From: Candidatus Latescibacterota bacterium
GTDB taxonomy: Bacteria > Latescibacterota > UBA2968
Assembly: GCA_965205975.1 (NCBI GenBank)
Contig: OZ242195.1
Location: forward strand, 1,216,001-1,280,000
Length of the DNA stretch: 64,000 bases
Direction: 5' to 3'
Shown: piece after piece, positions 47,884 through 57,316 of the stretch
Position numbering within the stretch: position 1 is the first letter of the stretch
Layout of the letters: every line of letters begins with the position of its first letter
Translations under genes and position numbers: made by a program
Notes under the pieces: generated by a model
The model's input: the letters and a program-made list of their open reading frames with translations, nothing else
Database searches by the model: none
What the model was told of the DNA's origin: nothing

Positions 47884-49830
47884 GTGGCTTTAGCAAGAGA
47901 AGCTGTTGTTCCAGAAACTGCCAGACCTGCCGTGACATTCCGCGCACTCGTTTTGGGTACTTTTCTCACGATGATGGCGACGATTGCCGGGTCTTACGCG
48001 AGATTTATTCTTCACACTACGAGGTTGGACCAAAACCATCTTTCAGTCGCTGCTGTTTTTCCCATTGTTGTGATCGCGCTCGTGCTTTTGCGCCCGCTCA
48101 AGCTGAGTCGGGGCGAGCTTATCGTCATGTTTTCTATGGCATTGATTGGCGCGACTATGCCCACGTATTTTGTCGGGAAATTGATCGCCAATTTTACGGT
48201 GCCGTACTATTTGGCAACGCCCGAGAATCAGTGGGCAACCTATTACGAACCCTATTTGCCAGAGTGGTCTATTCTGCCCGCGGGCGAATCTCTGCGATGG
48301 TTTTTTGAAGGGCTACCGCGCGGAGTTTCCGTGCCGTGGGATGCGTGGATTGTGCCCGTGTTCTGGTGGATGACCGTGATTGTGGCTTTTTATGGCTGCT
48401 GCCTTTTTTTAATGGTCATTCTGCGAAAGCAGTGGATAGAGCACGAACGCATTGATTATCCGCTGATGGAAATGCCTTTGGCTGTGATGGAGGAGGATAG
48501 ACGACAGGGCTTTTTTCCAATTCCCATTATGAATAACCCGTTGTTCTGGGCGGGCTTCAGTCTTACGTTGTGTATTATCCTGTGGAATGTCATTTCCTAT
48601 TTTAGTCCGACTTTTCCGACGATTCCATGGCGCTTTGCGAGTATTCAGTTTGGGCGCGAATTTCCCCCCATTCCCGTGCGTCTATATCTGATGGTTGTGG
48701 GCTTTGGGTATTTTATAAATCTGGATATTTCGCTGAGCCTGTGGGTGTTCAATGTGCTGACCAATCTGGAAAATGGCTTTTTTAACCGCTTTGGGCTAAA
48801 AGCCGGTACAGATGAAGAGTATTCCACAGGACCGCTGGCGATGGGTGCGCAATCCATGGGGGCATTTATTGTGGTGGTGCTCGTGGGCTTCTGGATGGCG
48901 CGCGGGCACTTGCGCGGGGTTTTTCGCAAGGCATTTTATCGCGATGATTCGGTTGACGATTCCGATGAGATCGTTTCGTATCGCACGGCGGTTTTTGGCC
49001 TTATGGCCTGTTCTGCCTACCTGATTGTGTGGCATTTGGCAACGGGCATGGCGTTTAAGTATATCCCAATTTTTCTTTTTGGTGCTCTGGTCATGTATCT
49101 GGGGATTACGCGGGTTATAGCAGAGACCGGTCTGATTTCTATTCGCGCCCCCCTGATGCCGCAACCTTTTGCCATGTTTGTAATGGGATCAGATGTGCTT
49201 TCGCAGCAGACGCAGGTTTCTATCGCGCTTTCGTATTCATGGTGCAGCGATACCAAAACCACAATCATGCCCGCGCTTGCCCATTCCGTAAAGCTTTACG
49301 ATACTATCCGGGTCAATCAGCGGAGGTTGATCATTCCCATTGTTCTGGCAATGGGTGCCGGGGTGTTGGCTACATTTGTCTATACAATTTATATGGGCTA
49401 TTTGAATGGCGCTGCAAATTACGGCGGTATTTTTCACGGAGGTCTCGCGCGGTTTCCCTGGGATAATCTGGTCAAGAAGTCAAAAGATCCATTTTCTGTG
49501 CAGTGGTTGCCTATTATGTATATGGGTATTGGCGCTGTGGTGACGCTGCTTTTTATGATTTTGCGCTATCGAGTCGCGTGGTGGCCGCTACATCCGATTG
49601 GATTTGCGGCTGGGCCGGTTTATCCGGTTAATAATGTCATTTTTGCAATTTTTCTCGCCTGGGCGATCAAGTCTATTGTTTTGCGGATTGGGGGCATTCG
49701 CGCCTATCGCACGGGTCGGCCTTTTTTTATTGGGCTTATTATGGGGCATTTTGTAGGAGCTGGCATTTCGTTTGTCGTCGATATGATCTGGTTTCCGGGA
49801 CAGGGGCATAGTATTCCGTTTTCGGATTAA
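47884..49830 (+). CDS. DUF6785/DUF6784-type polytopic membrane protein (putative transporter)
   Basis: Many TMs; ILRKQWIEHERIDYPL, RVIAETG, WWPLHPIGF. Confidence 0.75.
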   Translation: MALAREAVVPETARPAVTFRALVLGTFLTMMATIAGSYARFILHTTRLDQNHLSVAAVFPIVVIALVLLRPLKLSRGELIVMFSMALIGATMPTYFVGKLIANFTVPYYLATPENQWATYYEPYLPEWSILPAGESLRWFFEGLPRGVSVPWDAWIVPVFWWMTVIVAFYGCCLFLMVILRKQWIEHERIDYPLMEMPLAVMEEDRRQGFFPIPIMNNPLFWAGFSLTLCIILWNVISYFSPTFPTIPWRFASIQFGREFPPIPVRLYLMVVGFGYFINLDISLSLWVFNVLTNLENGFFNRFGLKAGTDEEYSTGPLAMGAQSMGAFIVVVLVGFWMARGHLRGVFRKAFYRDDSVDDSDEIVSYRTAVFGLMACSAYLIVWHLATGMAFKYIPIFLFGALVMYLGITRVIAETGLISIRAPLMPQPFAMFVMGSDVLSQQTQVSIALSYSWCSDTKTTIMPALAHSVKLYDTIRVNQRRLIIPIVLAMGAGVLATFVYTIYMGYLNGAANYGGIFHGGLARFPWDNLVKKSKDPFSVQWLPIMYMGIGAVVTLLFMILRYRVAWWPLHPIGFAAGPVYPVNNVIFAIFLAWAIKSIVLRIGGIRAYRTGRPFFIGLIMGHFVGAGISFVVDMIWFPGQGHSIPFSD

Positions 49831-49940
49831 TCCGCAGATGAACGCAGATGAACGCAAATGAAAGGCAAGGGATTGGGGGATCGTCTCACGCCTTGCGGGT
49901 GGCGGGGTTGGGCGGACTGACAACTGATAACTGACAACTG
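49830..49940 (+). repeat. Second composite repeat (CGCAGAT decamers plus AACTGAY heptamers)
   Basis: tccgcagatg aacgcagatg aacgcaaatg aaaggcaa ... actgacaactgataactgacaactg. Confidence 0.8.
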
Positions 49941-49950
49941 GAGTCTTGAA

Positions 49951-51042
49951 ATGAAAATTACAGGTATTGAACTCGACGCCGTGCAGGTCAATCACCGGGG
50001 GGATTGGGTGTTTGTACATGTACTTACGGATGAAGGCATCCAGGGTATAGGGGAGATGCGCTCGGGTAGCAATTATGCGGCGCAGTTGGCGGCTTTGCGC
50101 GATTTGGGCGAAGCGGCCAAAGGGTGCGATCCGAGAAGGATTGAGGCTTTTGTTTCTCGCTATACAAGCACAGAGCGCACAAAGGTGGAATTGTTTGCCT
50201 TGAGTGCGTTTGAACAAGCGCTATGGGATATTTTGGGCAAATCGCTCAATGTGCCAGTTCACGCGCTTTTGGGAGGCGCCTGTCGAGACGAGATCCGGCT
50301 GTATGCGAATATCAATCGGGCGACGACAGACCGTTCACCCGAGGGATTTGCCAGGAATGCCGCTGCTGCGGTGGCCGAGGGGTTTGATGCAGTCAAGTTG
50401 GATCCTTTTGACGGGGTACGCGGTGCCGACAATGCCAGAGATGCTGCCGGGGGAATTGCGTGTATGCGTGCAGTTCGTGAAGTCATAGGACCAGAGGTCG
50501 ATTTGCTCGTGGACTGTCACAGTAAGTTTACGGTTCGCGGCGCGCTTGAAGTTGCGGATGCGTTGCGCGATGTCAATCTGTTCTGGTTTGAGCAACCCAC
50601 ACCCGAATCGAGTCTCGACAATTGTCTCGCAGTAAAAGAAGGATGCGGACTGACGATTGCGGGAGGCGAGCAGCGGGGCTTGCGGCGGGATTGGGTTGAG
50701 GTGGTGGAGAATCTCAGTATGGATATTCCCATGCCCGATGTAACAGTTGTGGGTGGGATTGGCGAGTTAAAGAAAATAGGGGATATGCTCCACGCCTGGG
50801 GGCTGCCCACAGCGCCACATGGTCCCTTTGGTCCTGTGGTGATCGCGGCTGGCGTGCATGCGATGGCTTCTTTGCCGGGATTTCTCATTCTGGAATACGG
50901 ATGGGGAGAGATTCCCTGGCGAAAAGATCTGACCATTCCCGGCGAGGAGATTGTGAATGGACGCATTCGCATCAATGATCGCCCAGGCCTCGGCGTTGAA
51001 TTAAATCCCGAGATGGTTGAAAAGCACAGAGTTCAGGTGTAA
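49951..51042 (+). CDS. Enolase-superfamily acid-sugar dehydratase (galactonate dehydratase-like)
   Basis: ALWDILGK, LYANINR, KLDPFD, VDCH, EQP, GE, PHGP. Confidence 0.85.
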   Translation: MKITGIELDAVQVNHRGDWVFVHVLTDEGIQGIGEMRSGSNYAAQLAALRDLGEAAKGCDPRRIEAFVSRYTSTERTKVELFALSAFEQALWDILGKSLNVPVHALLGGACRDEIRLYANINRATTDRSPEGFARNAAAAVAEGFDAVKLDPFDGVRGADNARDAAGGIACMRAVREVIGPEVDLLVDCHSKFTVRGALEVADALRDVNLFWFEQPTPESSLDNCLAVKEGCGLTIAGGEQRGLRRDWVEVVENLSMDIPMPDVTVVGGIGELKKIGDMLHAWGLPTAPHGPFGPVVIAAGVHAMASLPGFLILEYGWGEIPWRKDLTIPGEEIVNGRIRINDRPGLGVELNPEMVEKHRVQV

Positions 51043-51073
51043 ATACAATACTGATAAAACAAAGGAGCATTTG

Positions 51074-51931
51074 ATGTTCAAAAGTCTCAATGCGGGTGCA
51101 ATTGGCGTAAGAGGAAGCGTTGATGAATTGATCGGCTATGCAAAACGCGCTGGTTTTCAGGGTGTTGATCCCAATATTCAGGAGATTGCTTCTCTCGTCA
51201 ATGTGCATGGTGCAGAACATGTGAAGGGGCTGTTTGCCGATGCCGGTTTGAGAATAGGCGCGTGGGGTTTGTCTGTGAATTGGCGAGGGGATGAAGCCGA
51301 GTTCAAGGCTGGTTTATCAAAGCTGGCCGATTTCGCCGCTGCTGGTGCTGCGGTAGGAGCTACGCGGGTTGCTCAATGGGTGCCTTCTGCTTCTGAAGAT
51401 CGCAAATTTGGCGACAATTTCAGGTGGCATATTGATCGCTTTAAGCCGATTGCCGAAATTTTGGGTGAGCATGGATGTAGCCTAGGGCTGGAATTTATTG
51501 GGCCGCGCACTCTGCGGGTGGATAAATCTTATGGGTTTATTCATTCGATAGATGGCATGCTCGCGCTTGGTCATGCGATTGGCACCGGCAATGTGGGGCT
51601 GCTTCTCGATTGCTGGCACTGGTACACGGGTTTGGGGACTATATCAGACCTGATGGCATTGACCGCTGACGATGTGGTGCATGTCCACGTCAATGATGCG
51701 CCCGATGGCGTTGATGTGGGCGATCAGATTGACAATAAACGCGCCCTGCCAGGTGAGACAGGCGTGATTGATCTCGTTGGCTTTTTGGGTGCGTTGCAAA
51801 AAATTGGCTATGACGGTCCGGTGTCACCCGAGCCTTTTAGCCAGTCGGTGCGGGAAATGGCAGCGCAAGATGCGGTGCAAACAACACACGACGCGCTGGA
51901 TAAGAGTTGGCAAGCCGCTCAGTTATCCTGA
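51074..51931 (+). CDS. Sugar phosphate isomerase/epimerase (xylose isomerase-like TIM barrel)
   Basis: LEFIG, LLDCWH, HVHVND, R.LPGE.G, GYDGPVSPE. Confidence 0.88.
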   Translation: MFKSLNAGAIGVRGSVDELIGYAKRAGFQGVDPNIQEIASLVNVHGAEHVKGLFADAGLRIGAWGLSVNWRGDEAEFKAGLSKLADFAAAGAAVGATRVAQWVPSASEDRKFGDNFRWHIDRFKPIAEILGEHGCSLGLEFIGPRTLRVDKSYGFIHSIDGMLALGHAIGTGNVGLLLDCWHWYTGLGTISDLMALTADDVVHVHVNDAPDGVDVGDQIDNKRALPGETGVIDLVGFLGALQKIGYDGPVSPEPFSQSVREMAAQDAVQTTHDALDKSWQAAQLS

Positions 51932-51942
51932 GGAGAATTGCG

Positions 51943-52497
51943 ATGGAGGCTTTTGTCGAGAATTACATCGCGCAAAATTTGACCTTGCTCAAGTCGCTGG
52001 ATGCCAGAGAGATTGCCTGTATTATTGCCGAGTTTGGGAAAGCGAGAGATACGCATAAGAGAATTTATGCCATTGGCAATGGGGGCAGCGCGAGTACGGC
52101 GTCGCATTTTGTCAACGATATGGGCAAGGGCGCTTCAATTGGGCGCGAAACGCGCTTTAAGACGATTCCGCTGACAGATAATGTGGAATGGATGACGGCG
52201 CTGAGCAATGATTTGTGCTACGAAGATGTGTATGTTGAGCAATTGAAAAATTTTGCAGAACCCGGCGATGTTTTGCTGGCGATAAGCGGCAGTGGAAATT
52301 CCGAAAATGTGTTGCGGGCGGTGCGGTATGCCAACGGTGTGGGCTGTGTTACTATTGGATTTACGGGATTTGAAGGAGGAAAGCTGAGAGAACTCGTTCA
52401 ACATTGCGTGGTGATTCCCTCCGACCACATGGGGCGTATCGAAGATATGCATCTTATTTTGCAACACATGATCTGTTATTATTTTATGGAACAGTGA
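51943..52497 (+). CDS. SIS-domain phosphosugar isomerase (GmhA-like)
   Basis: GNGGSASTASH, TALSND, ISGSGNSENV, IEDMH. Confidence 0.85.
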   Translation: MEAFVENYIAQNLTLLKSLDAREIACIIAEFGKARDTHKRIYAIGNGGSASTASHFVNDMGKGASIGRETRFKTIPLTDNVEWMTALSNDLCYEDVYVEQLKNFAEPGDVLLAISGSGNSENVLRAVRYANGVGCVTIGFTGFEGGKLRELVQHCVVIPSDHMGRIEDMHLILQHMICYYFMEQ

Positions 52498-52506
52498 GCA
52501 TCATGC

Positions 52507-53541
52507 ATGGTTCGATTGTCTGGGTGTCTGCTAATTCTCGTGTTCGGCTTTGGATCCGAGATCGGGTATCTCTATCAGTTGTTCAAAGGTCAGGTCGCGC
52601 TTCTGTGGAAAGCAGAACCCATTGACGAGGTTCTGAAAGCGAGAAGGCTCTCGCCCGATCAGCGCGCAAAATTGGAACTCGTGCAGGCTATCCGAGCGTT
52701 TGCCCAGAGCGAAATCGGTCTGAATACCTCAAAAAATTACACCACGTATGTCGATATCGGACGCGGGCCGGTGTCGTGGAATCTGGTTGTTTGTCCCAAA
52801 GATCGTCTTGAACCGCTTGAGTGGTCTTACCCTATCGTGGGCGCGGTTCCCTACCGGGGGTATTTTGATCGCGAAAAAGCCGAAGAGGCGCGTGATCGCT
52901 ATGTAGCTGAAGGGTATGACACCTATTTGCGACCGGTGAGCGCGTATAGCACACTGGGATGGTTTTCCGATCCGGTATTGAGCTCTATGTTGCGCTATTC
53001 CGAAGGCAATCTGGTCGATCTCATCATTCACGAGTTGACGCATGCAACGGTGTGGATTGAAGGAGATGTTACCTTTAATGAGAGTCTGGCGAGTTTTGTC
53101 GGTGAAGCCGGGGCATTGATGTGGTTGCAGCGCAAATACGGCGCTGATTCAGAAGCGGTGCATCGGATACTTGCCGAGCGTGCAGATGGTGTTGTTTTTC
53201 GAAAATTTATGCGCGATATTGCTTCCCGCCTCAATTCACTTTATCAGTCCAATTCTCCCCATAAAATAACGCAACGCCAGCAGATCTTTGATTCCGCACG
53301 CGCAGAATTTCACACTCTCCCTCTTAAAACCGATCTATATGCCCGCTTTCCTTCGTGGGAAATCAACAATGCGCGGATGGCTCTTTATCGGATTTATAGG
53401 GAGCGCACGGATGTGTTTGCGCGCGTGTATCTGGCATATGATAATGATTTGAAAGCGACTGTTGAGGTCTTGCAACAATGTGCAAATACAGAGGACCCAG
53501 CAGCGTGGCTGGAAGAATGGCTTATGAGAATTAAAAATTAG
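52507..53541 (+). CDS. Putative zinc aminopeptidase (DUF2265-like)
   Basis: VPYRGYF, AYSTLGWFSDP, IHELTH, FNESLA. Confidence 0.85.
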   Translation: MVRLSGCLLILVFGFGSEIGYLYQLFKGQVALLWKAEPIDEVLKARRLSPDQRAKLELVQAIRAFAQSEIGLNTSKNYTTYVDIGRGPVSWNLVVCPKDRLEPLEWSYPIVGAVPYRGYFDREKAEEARDRYVAEGYDTYLRPVSAYSTLGWFSDPVLSSMLRYSEGNLVDLIIHELTHATVWIEGDVTFNESLASFVGEAGALMWLQRKYGADSEAVHRILAERADGVVFRKFMRDIASRLNSLYQSNSPHKITQRQQIFDSARAEFHTLPLKTDLYARFPSWEINNARMALYRIYRERTDVFARVYLAYDNDLKATVEVLQQCANTEDPAAWLEEWLMRIKN

Positions 53542-53644
53542 GAATTGAGAATTAGGAATTGGAAATAGGGCAGCCTGACAATTCGTGGTTTTTTCTTTAT
53601 CCCGTTGCCTTTCATCTGCGTACATCTGCGTACATCTGCGGATT
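53528..53644 (-). repeat. Third composite repeat, inverted (CGCAGAT decamers plus RAATTRR heptamers)
   Basis: gaattaa aaattag gaattga gaattag gaattgg (53528-53562); ttgcct ttcatctgcg tacatctgcg tacatctgcg gatt. Confidence 0.8.
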
Positions 53645-53661
53645 GGCCTTTGGAGGTTGTT

Positions 53662-54810
53662 ATGACTTACAGAGTCGGTATTATTGGATGCGGTTCAATT
53701 GCGCGCACTCACGCCGATGGGTATTTGCGCGTTGCCAATGCAGAGATGGTGGCGGTTGCCGATCCCCATCCGGTTGCGCGAGAGCAATTTTGCGAGGAGT
53801 TTGGCATTCCCAATGCCTATGCTTCGGTGAAGGAGATGGTCGCAAAGGAAGATCTCGATATCGCCAGCATTTGTACGTGGCATCTTCTTCATCCCGATTG
53901 TACGATTGACGCGGCGAATGGCGGTGTGCCGGGTATTATTTGTGAAAAGCCCATGGCGATTGGGCTTGGTGAGGCAGATCGCATGCTGGATGCGTGTGAA
54001 AAAAATGGGACAAAGCTGGTGGTCAGCCATCAGCGGCGTTTTACACCTGGTTGGGTGAAAGCGCGGGCTTTGATGCGGCAAAAGGTTATCGGCGATGCTG
54101 TGATGGTGCATGGACAAGTCGCTCAGGGATTGATCAACTGGGCGACGCATACCATTGATGGCATTCGCTTTGTACTGGATGATCCAGAAACTGAGTGGGT
54201 GATGGGTGCTGTCGAGCGGCAGACGGATCGCTTTGAGCGCGATACACCGATTGAGGATGCGTGTATGGGTTTGATCGCTTTTGCCAATGGTGCTCAGGCT
54301 TTGATACAGGCGGATTTGAACCGTCCAGGTGAACAGGCAGGGCATTTTCAGATTCGCGGCTCAGAGGGATTGATGGAGGTGACCGAGCGCACCATTCGCG
54401 TGTTCAATACAGGTGGATGGAAGGATGTGGAAATTGCAGCCGATGAGGCGTATCGCGCAATTGGCGGCGAGACCAATGCCGATTCTGTGCGCGAATTAAT
54501 CGCGTGGTTGGAAGGGGGCAATGAACACCGCTCTTCGGGGCATAAGGCGCGTGCAACTGTCGAGATTATGATGGCGCTGTTTGAATCTGCGCGGCAACAT
54601 CGGGTTGTGCATCTGCCGCTTGAGGAAATAGGCTATCCGCTACAATTGATGATCGAAGAGGGCAAGTTGCCCGTTACTGTTCCCGGGAGATATGATATTC
54701 GCGCATTTCTCAATCCCGAGGGTATGGATGAAGCAGCGTACAGGCGGCTGAGAGCCGAAGGTGTGAGCCATTCTGCGGCGATGCGACAGCTTGCAGAAGA
54801 AAAGCAATGA
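53662..54810 (+). CDS. Gfo/Idh/MocA oxidoreductase
   Basis: IIGCGSIA, CEKPMA, HQRRF, HTID. Confidence 0.9.
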   Translation: MTYRVGIIGCGSIARTHADGYLRVANAEMVAVADPHPVAREQFCEEFGIPNAYASVKEMVAKEDLDIASICTWHLLHPDCTIDAANGGVPGIICEKPMAIGLGEADRMLDACEKNGTKLVVSHQRRFTPGWVKARALMRQKVIGDAVMVHGQVAQGLINWATHTIDGIRFVLDDPETEWVMGAVERQTDRFERDTPIEDACMGLIAFANGAQALIQADLNRPGEQAGHFQIRGSEGLMEVTERTIRVFNTGGWKDVEIAADEAYRAIGGETNADSVRELIAWLEGGNEHRSSGHKARATVEIMMALFESARQHRVVHLPLEEIGYPLQLMIEEGKLPVTVPGRYDIRAFLNPEGMDEAAYRRLRAEGVSHSAAMRQLAEEKQ

Positions 54811-57221
54811 GTGCTACTATGGACGCAAACCGTCAATTTTTACCTTTTCTAATTACCCTCTTTGTGGGGAGTGGATGCGCTGCGCTCATTTACGAAATTG
54901 TCTGGTTTCAGATGTTGCAACTGATTATCGGGTCTTCGGCAATTTCTCTGGGTATATTGCTGGGTACGTTTATGGGCGGGATGTGCGTTGGCAGTGTGAT
55001 GCTCTCGCGCATTATTTCAACGCGCTACCATCCGTTAAAGGTCTATGCGCTTTTGGAATTGGGCATTGGTGTCATGGGCCTGATTTTGCTTTTCGTCCTA
55101 CCCCTGATCGGTACGGTTTATATCGGTGTGGCAACGTATGGATTTGGGGGACATTTCTTGCGGGGGATTGTCTGTGCAATCTGTCTTTTTTTCCCCACAG
55201 TGTTGATGGGCGCGACCCTGCCTGCGATAGCGCGGTGGACAGAGTCAACGCCTCGCGGTGTTTCGTGGCTCGGTTTTTTTTATGGAGGAAATATTGCCGG
55301 TGCTGTTTGCGGGTGTTTGTTCGCGGGTTTTTATCTTTTGCGCCTGTACGATGTGGTTACGGCGACTTATGTGGCGGTCGCGCTTAATTTAGCTGTGTCA
55401 CTTATCGGATATGGGTTGGCGAAATGGGCTGAATACGATGCGCCAATGGGAAAGACGGCCACGCGCAGTTTGTGGATTTCAGAAGCGCGATCAGTTTATG
55501 TGACCATTGGAATTTCCGGCGCGTGCGCGCTGGGTGCTCAGGTAATTTGGACGCGGTTGCTGTCGCTAATGATGGGGGCAACTGTTTACGCTTTTTCGAT
55601 TATCCTGGGGGTTTTTCTAATCGGGTTGGGTGTAGGTAGTAGTGTGGGGGCGTATTTTGCACGCACAAAAGTAAACCCCAAAATTGCGCTTGGTTGGTGC
55701 CAACTTCTTCTTGTTGGTGCTATTGCCTGGGCGGCTTACTCGCTTGCCCATTTGCTTCCTTACTGGACATCGGGAGGAACAACCGCAGTGCGATTTCAAC
55801 TGGATTTGCTGCGTTGTTTTGTGGCTATTTTTCCCGCGACCGTGCTGTGGGGGGGCAGTTTTCCGCTGGCTCTCGCTGCGGCGCGTTCGCAGGAAGGCGA
55901 TCCCGGTGCTCTGGCCGGGAGCGTGTATGCGGCCAATACGGCAGGTGCAATTGTGGGAGCGCTCGGTTTTAGTGTGGTTTTGATCGCGCTTTTGGGGACG
56001 CAGATGGCGCAACAGGTGTTACTCATCCTTTCTGCATTTGGGGCTGTTTTGATGTTTGGGAGAAGTTTGTGGCAGGTGCGCGATGCGGGCAGAACTGTCA
56101 GGTCAGATCGATGGGTAGGTGTTATGGTAGGTGTAGCCTTGCTGGTGTGGAGTATGCCGGGGCCACCGCCGTCGTTAATTGCTTATGGTCGTTCACTTCT
56201 CGATTGGGGAGAGGACGCGACATATATTTACGCTGGTGAAGGGATGAATGCATCGGTTGCAGTGTCTGAGTTGGACAATGGCGTGCGGAATTTTCACGTT
56301 AGTGGAAAAGTCGTAGCTTCCAGCGAACCACAGGATATGCGTTTGCAGCGCCTGTTGGGGCATCTTTCTGCATTGATGCACAGGGAGCCGCGTTCTGTGC
56401 TCGTGGTTGGGTGTGGTGCAGGAGTGACGGCGGGAACTTATGTTTTGTATCCGAGTGTTGAACGCATTGTGATCTGCGAGATCGAGCCGTTGATTCCTCC
56501 TGCAGCTGAGGTGTATTTTGGTCCTGAGAACTACGATGTATTAAAAGATCCCCGCGTGGAAGTTGTGATTGATGATGCGCGACATTATCTGCTGGCAACA
56601 GATGAGAAATTCGATATTATTACGTCAGATCCGATTCACCCCTGGGTTAAGGGTGCTGGCGCACTGTATTCGAAAGAGTATTTTGGGTTGTGCAAAGAGC
56701 GTTTGAATCCCGGAGGTGTTGTGACGCAGTGGGTACCGCTTTACGAGTCGCGGTTAGATGCGGTAAAGAGCGAGATCGCGACATTTTTTCAGGTGTTCCC
56801 AGATGGAACAATTTGGGGTAATCAAAATGAAGGCGAGGGATATGATGTTGTGCTATTGGGACAGAAAGATTCTCGCGTCGTCGATGTGGATGCCTTGCAG
56901 GCGCGTTTGGATCGCGAGGATTACACGGAGGTATGGTACTCGCTTGATGATGTGTCTTTGGGATCATCTGTCGCGCTGCTTTCGACGTATGCCGGGCGTG
57001 CATCTGATCTGGGCGAATGGCTCGCAGATGCCCAGATCAATCTGGATCGCAATATGCGGCTTCAGTATTTGGCGGGGTTGGGTTTGAATAACTATGAAGC
57101 AGATGCGATTTATACGGCGCTCTTAGAGCATGCGCGTTATCCCGCAAATTTTTTTGTTGCGACTGAAGCGACAGAAGCCGCATTGAAGGCGCAACTTAAT
57201 CGGCAGCACGAGGGGCGATAA
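54807..57221 (+). CDS. Fused membrane domain / spermidine synthase-like protein
   Basis: SGCAALIYEIVW TM repeats; VLVVGCGAGVT, CEIE, DDAR, DIITSDP. Confidence 0.88.
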   Translation: MSATMDANRQFLPFLITLFVGSGCAALIYEIVWFQMLQLIIGSSAISLGILLGTFMGGMCVGSVMLSRIISTRYHPLKVYALLELGIGVMGLILLFVLPLIGTVYIGVATYGFGGHFLRGIVCAICLFFPTVLMGATLPAIARWTESTPRGVSWLGFFYGGNIAGAVCGCLFAGFYLLRLYDVVTATYVAVALNLAVSLIGYGLAKWAEYDAPMGKTATRSLWISEARSVYVTIGISGACALGAQVIWTRLLSLMMGATVYAFSIILGVFLIGLGVGSSVGAYFARTKVNPKIALGWCQLLLVGAIAWAAYSLAHLLPYWTSGGTTAVRFQLDLLRCFVAIFPATVLWGGSFPLALAAARSQEGDPGALAGSVYAANTAGAIVGALGFSVVLIALLGTQMAQQVLLILSAFGAVLMFGRSLWQVRDAGRTVRSDRWVGVMVGVALLVWSMPGPPPSLIAYGRSLLDWGEDATYIYAGEGMNASVAVSELDNGVRNFHVSGKVVASSEPQDMRLQRLLGHLSALMHREPRSVLVVGCGAGVTAGTYVLYPSVERIVICEIEPLIPPAAEVYFGPENYDVLKDPRVEVVIDDARHYLLATDEKFDIITSDPIHPWVKGAGALYSKEYFGLCKERLNPGGVVTQWVPLYESRLDAVKSEIATFFQVFPDGTIWGNQNEGEGYDVVLLGQKDSRVVDVDALQARLDREDYTEVWYSLDDVSLGSSVALLSTYAGRASDLGEWLADAQINLDRNMRLQYLAGLGLNNYEADAIYTALLEHARYPANFFVATEATEAALKAQLNRQHEGR

Positions 57222-57250
57222 AAGAAAACAGCGCGGGCACTACAAGTTAG

Positions 57251-57282
57251 AAAAACGCCGTCGGAAAATAACTGACGGCGTT
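57251..57282 (-). terminator. Intrinsic terminator
   Basis: AAAAACGCCGTCGG-7 nt-CTGACGGCGTT; U-tract on minus strand. Confidence 0.7.
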
Positions 57283-57316
57283 CATTATTGTATGTGGGCG
57301 TGATCTCTGATATGAG

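Noticed and set aside
29302..53644. Short repeats as a CRISPR array
   Set aside because: 7-10-nt tandem units without unique spacers; no cas genes
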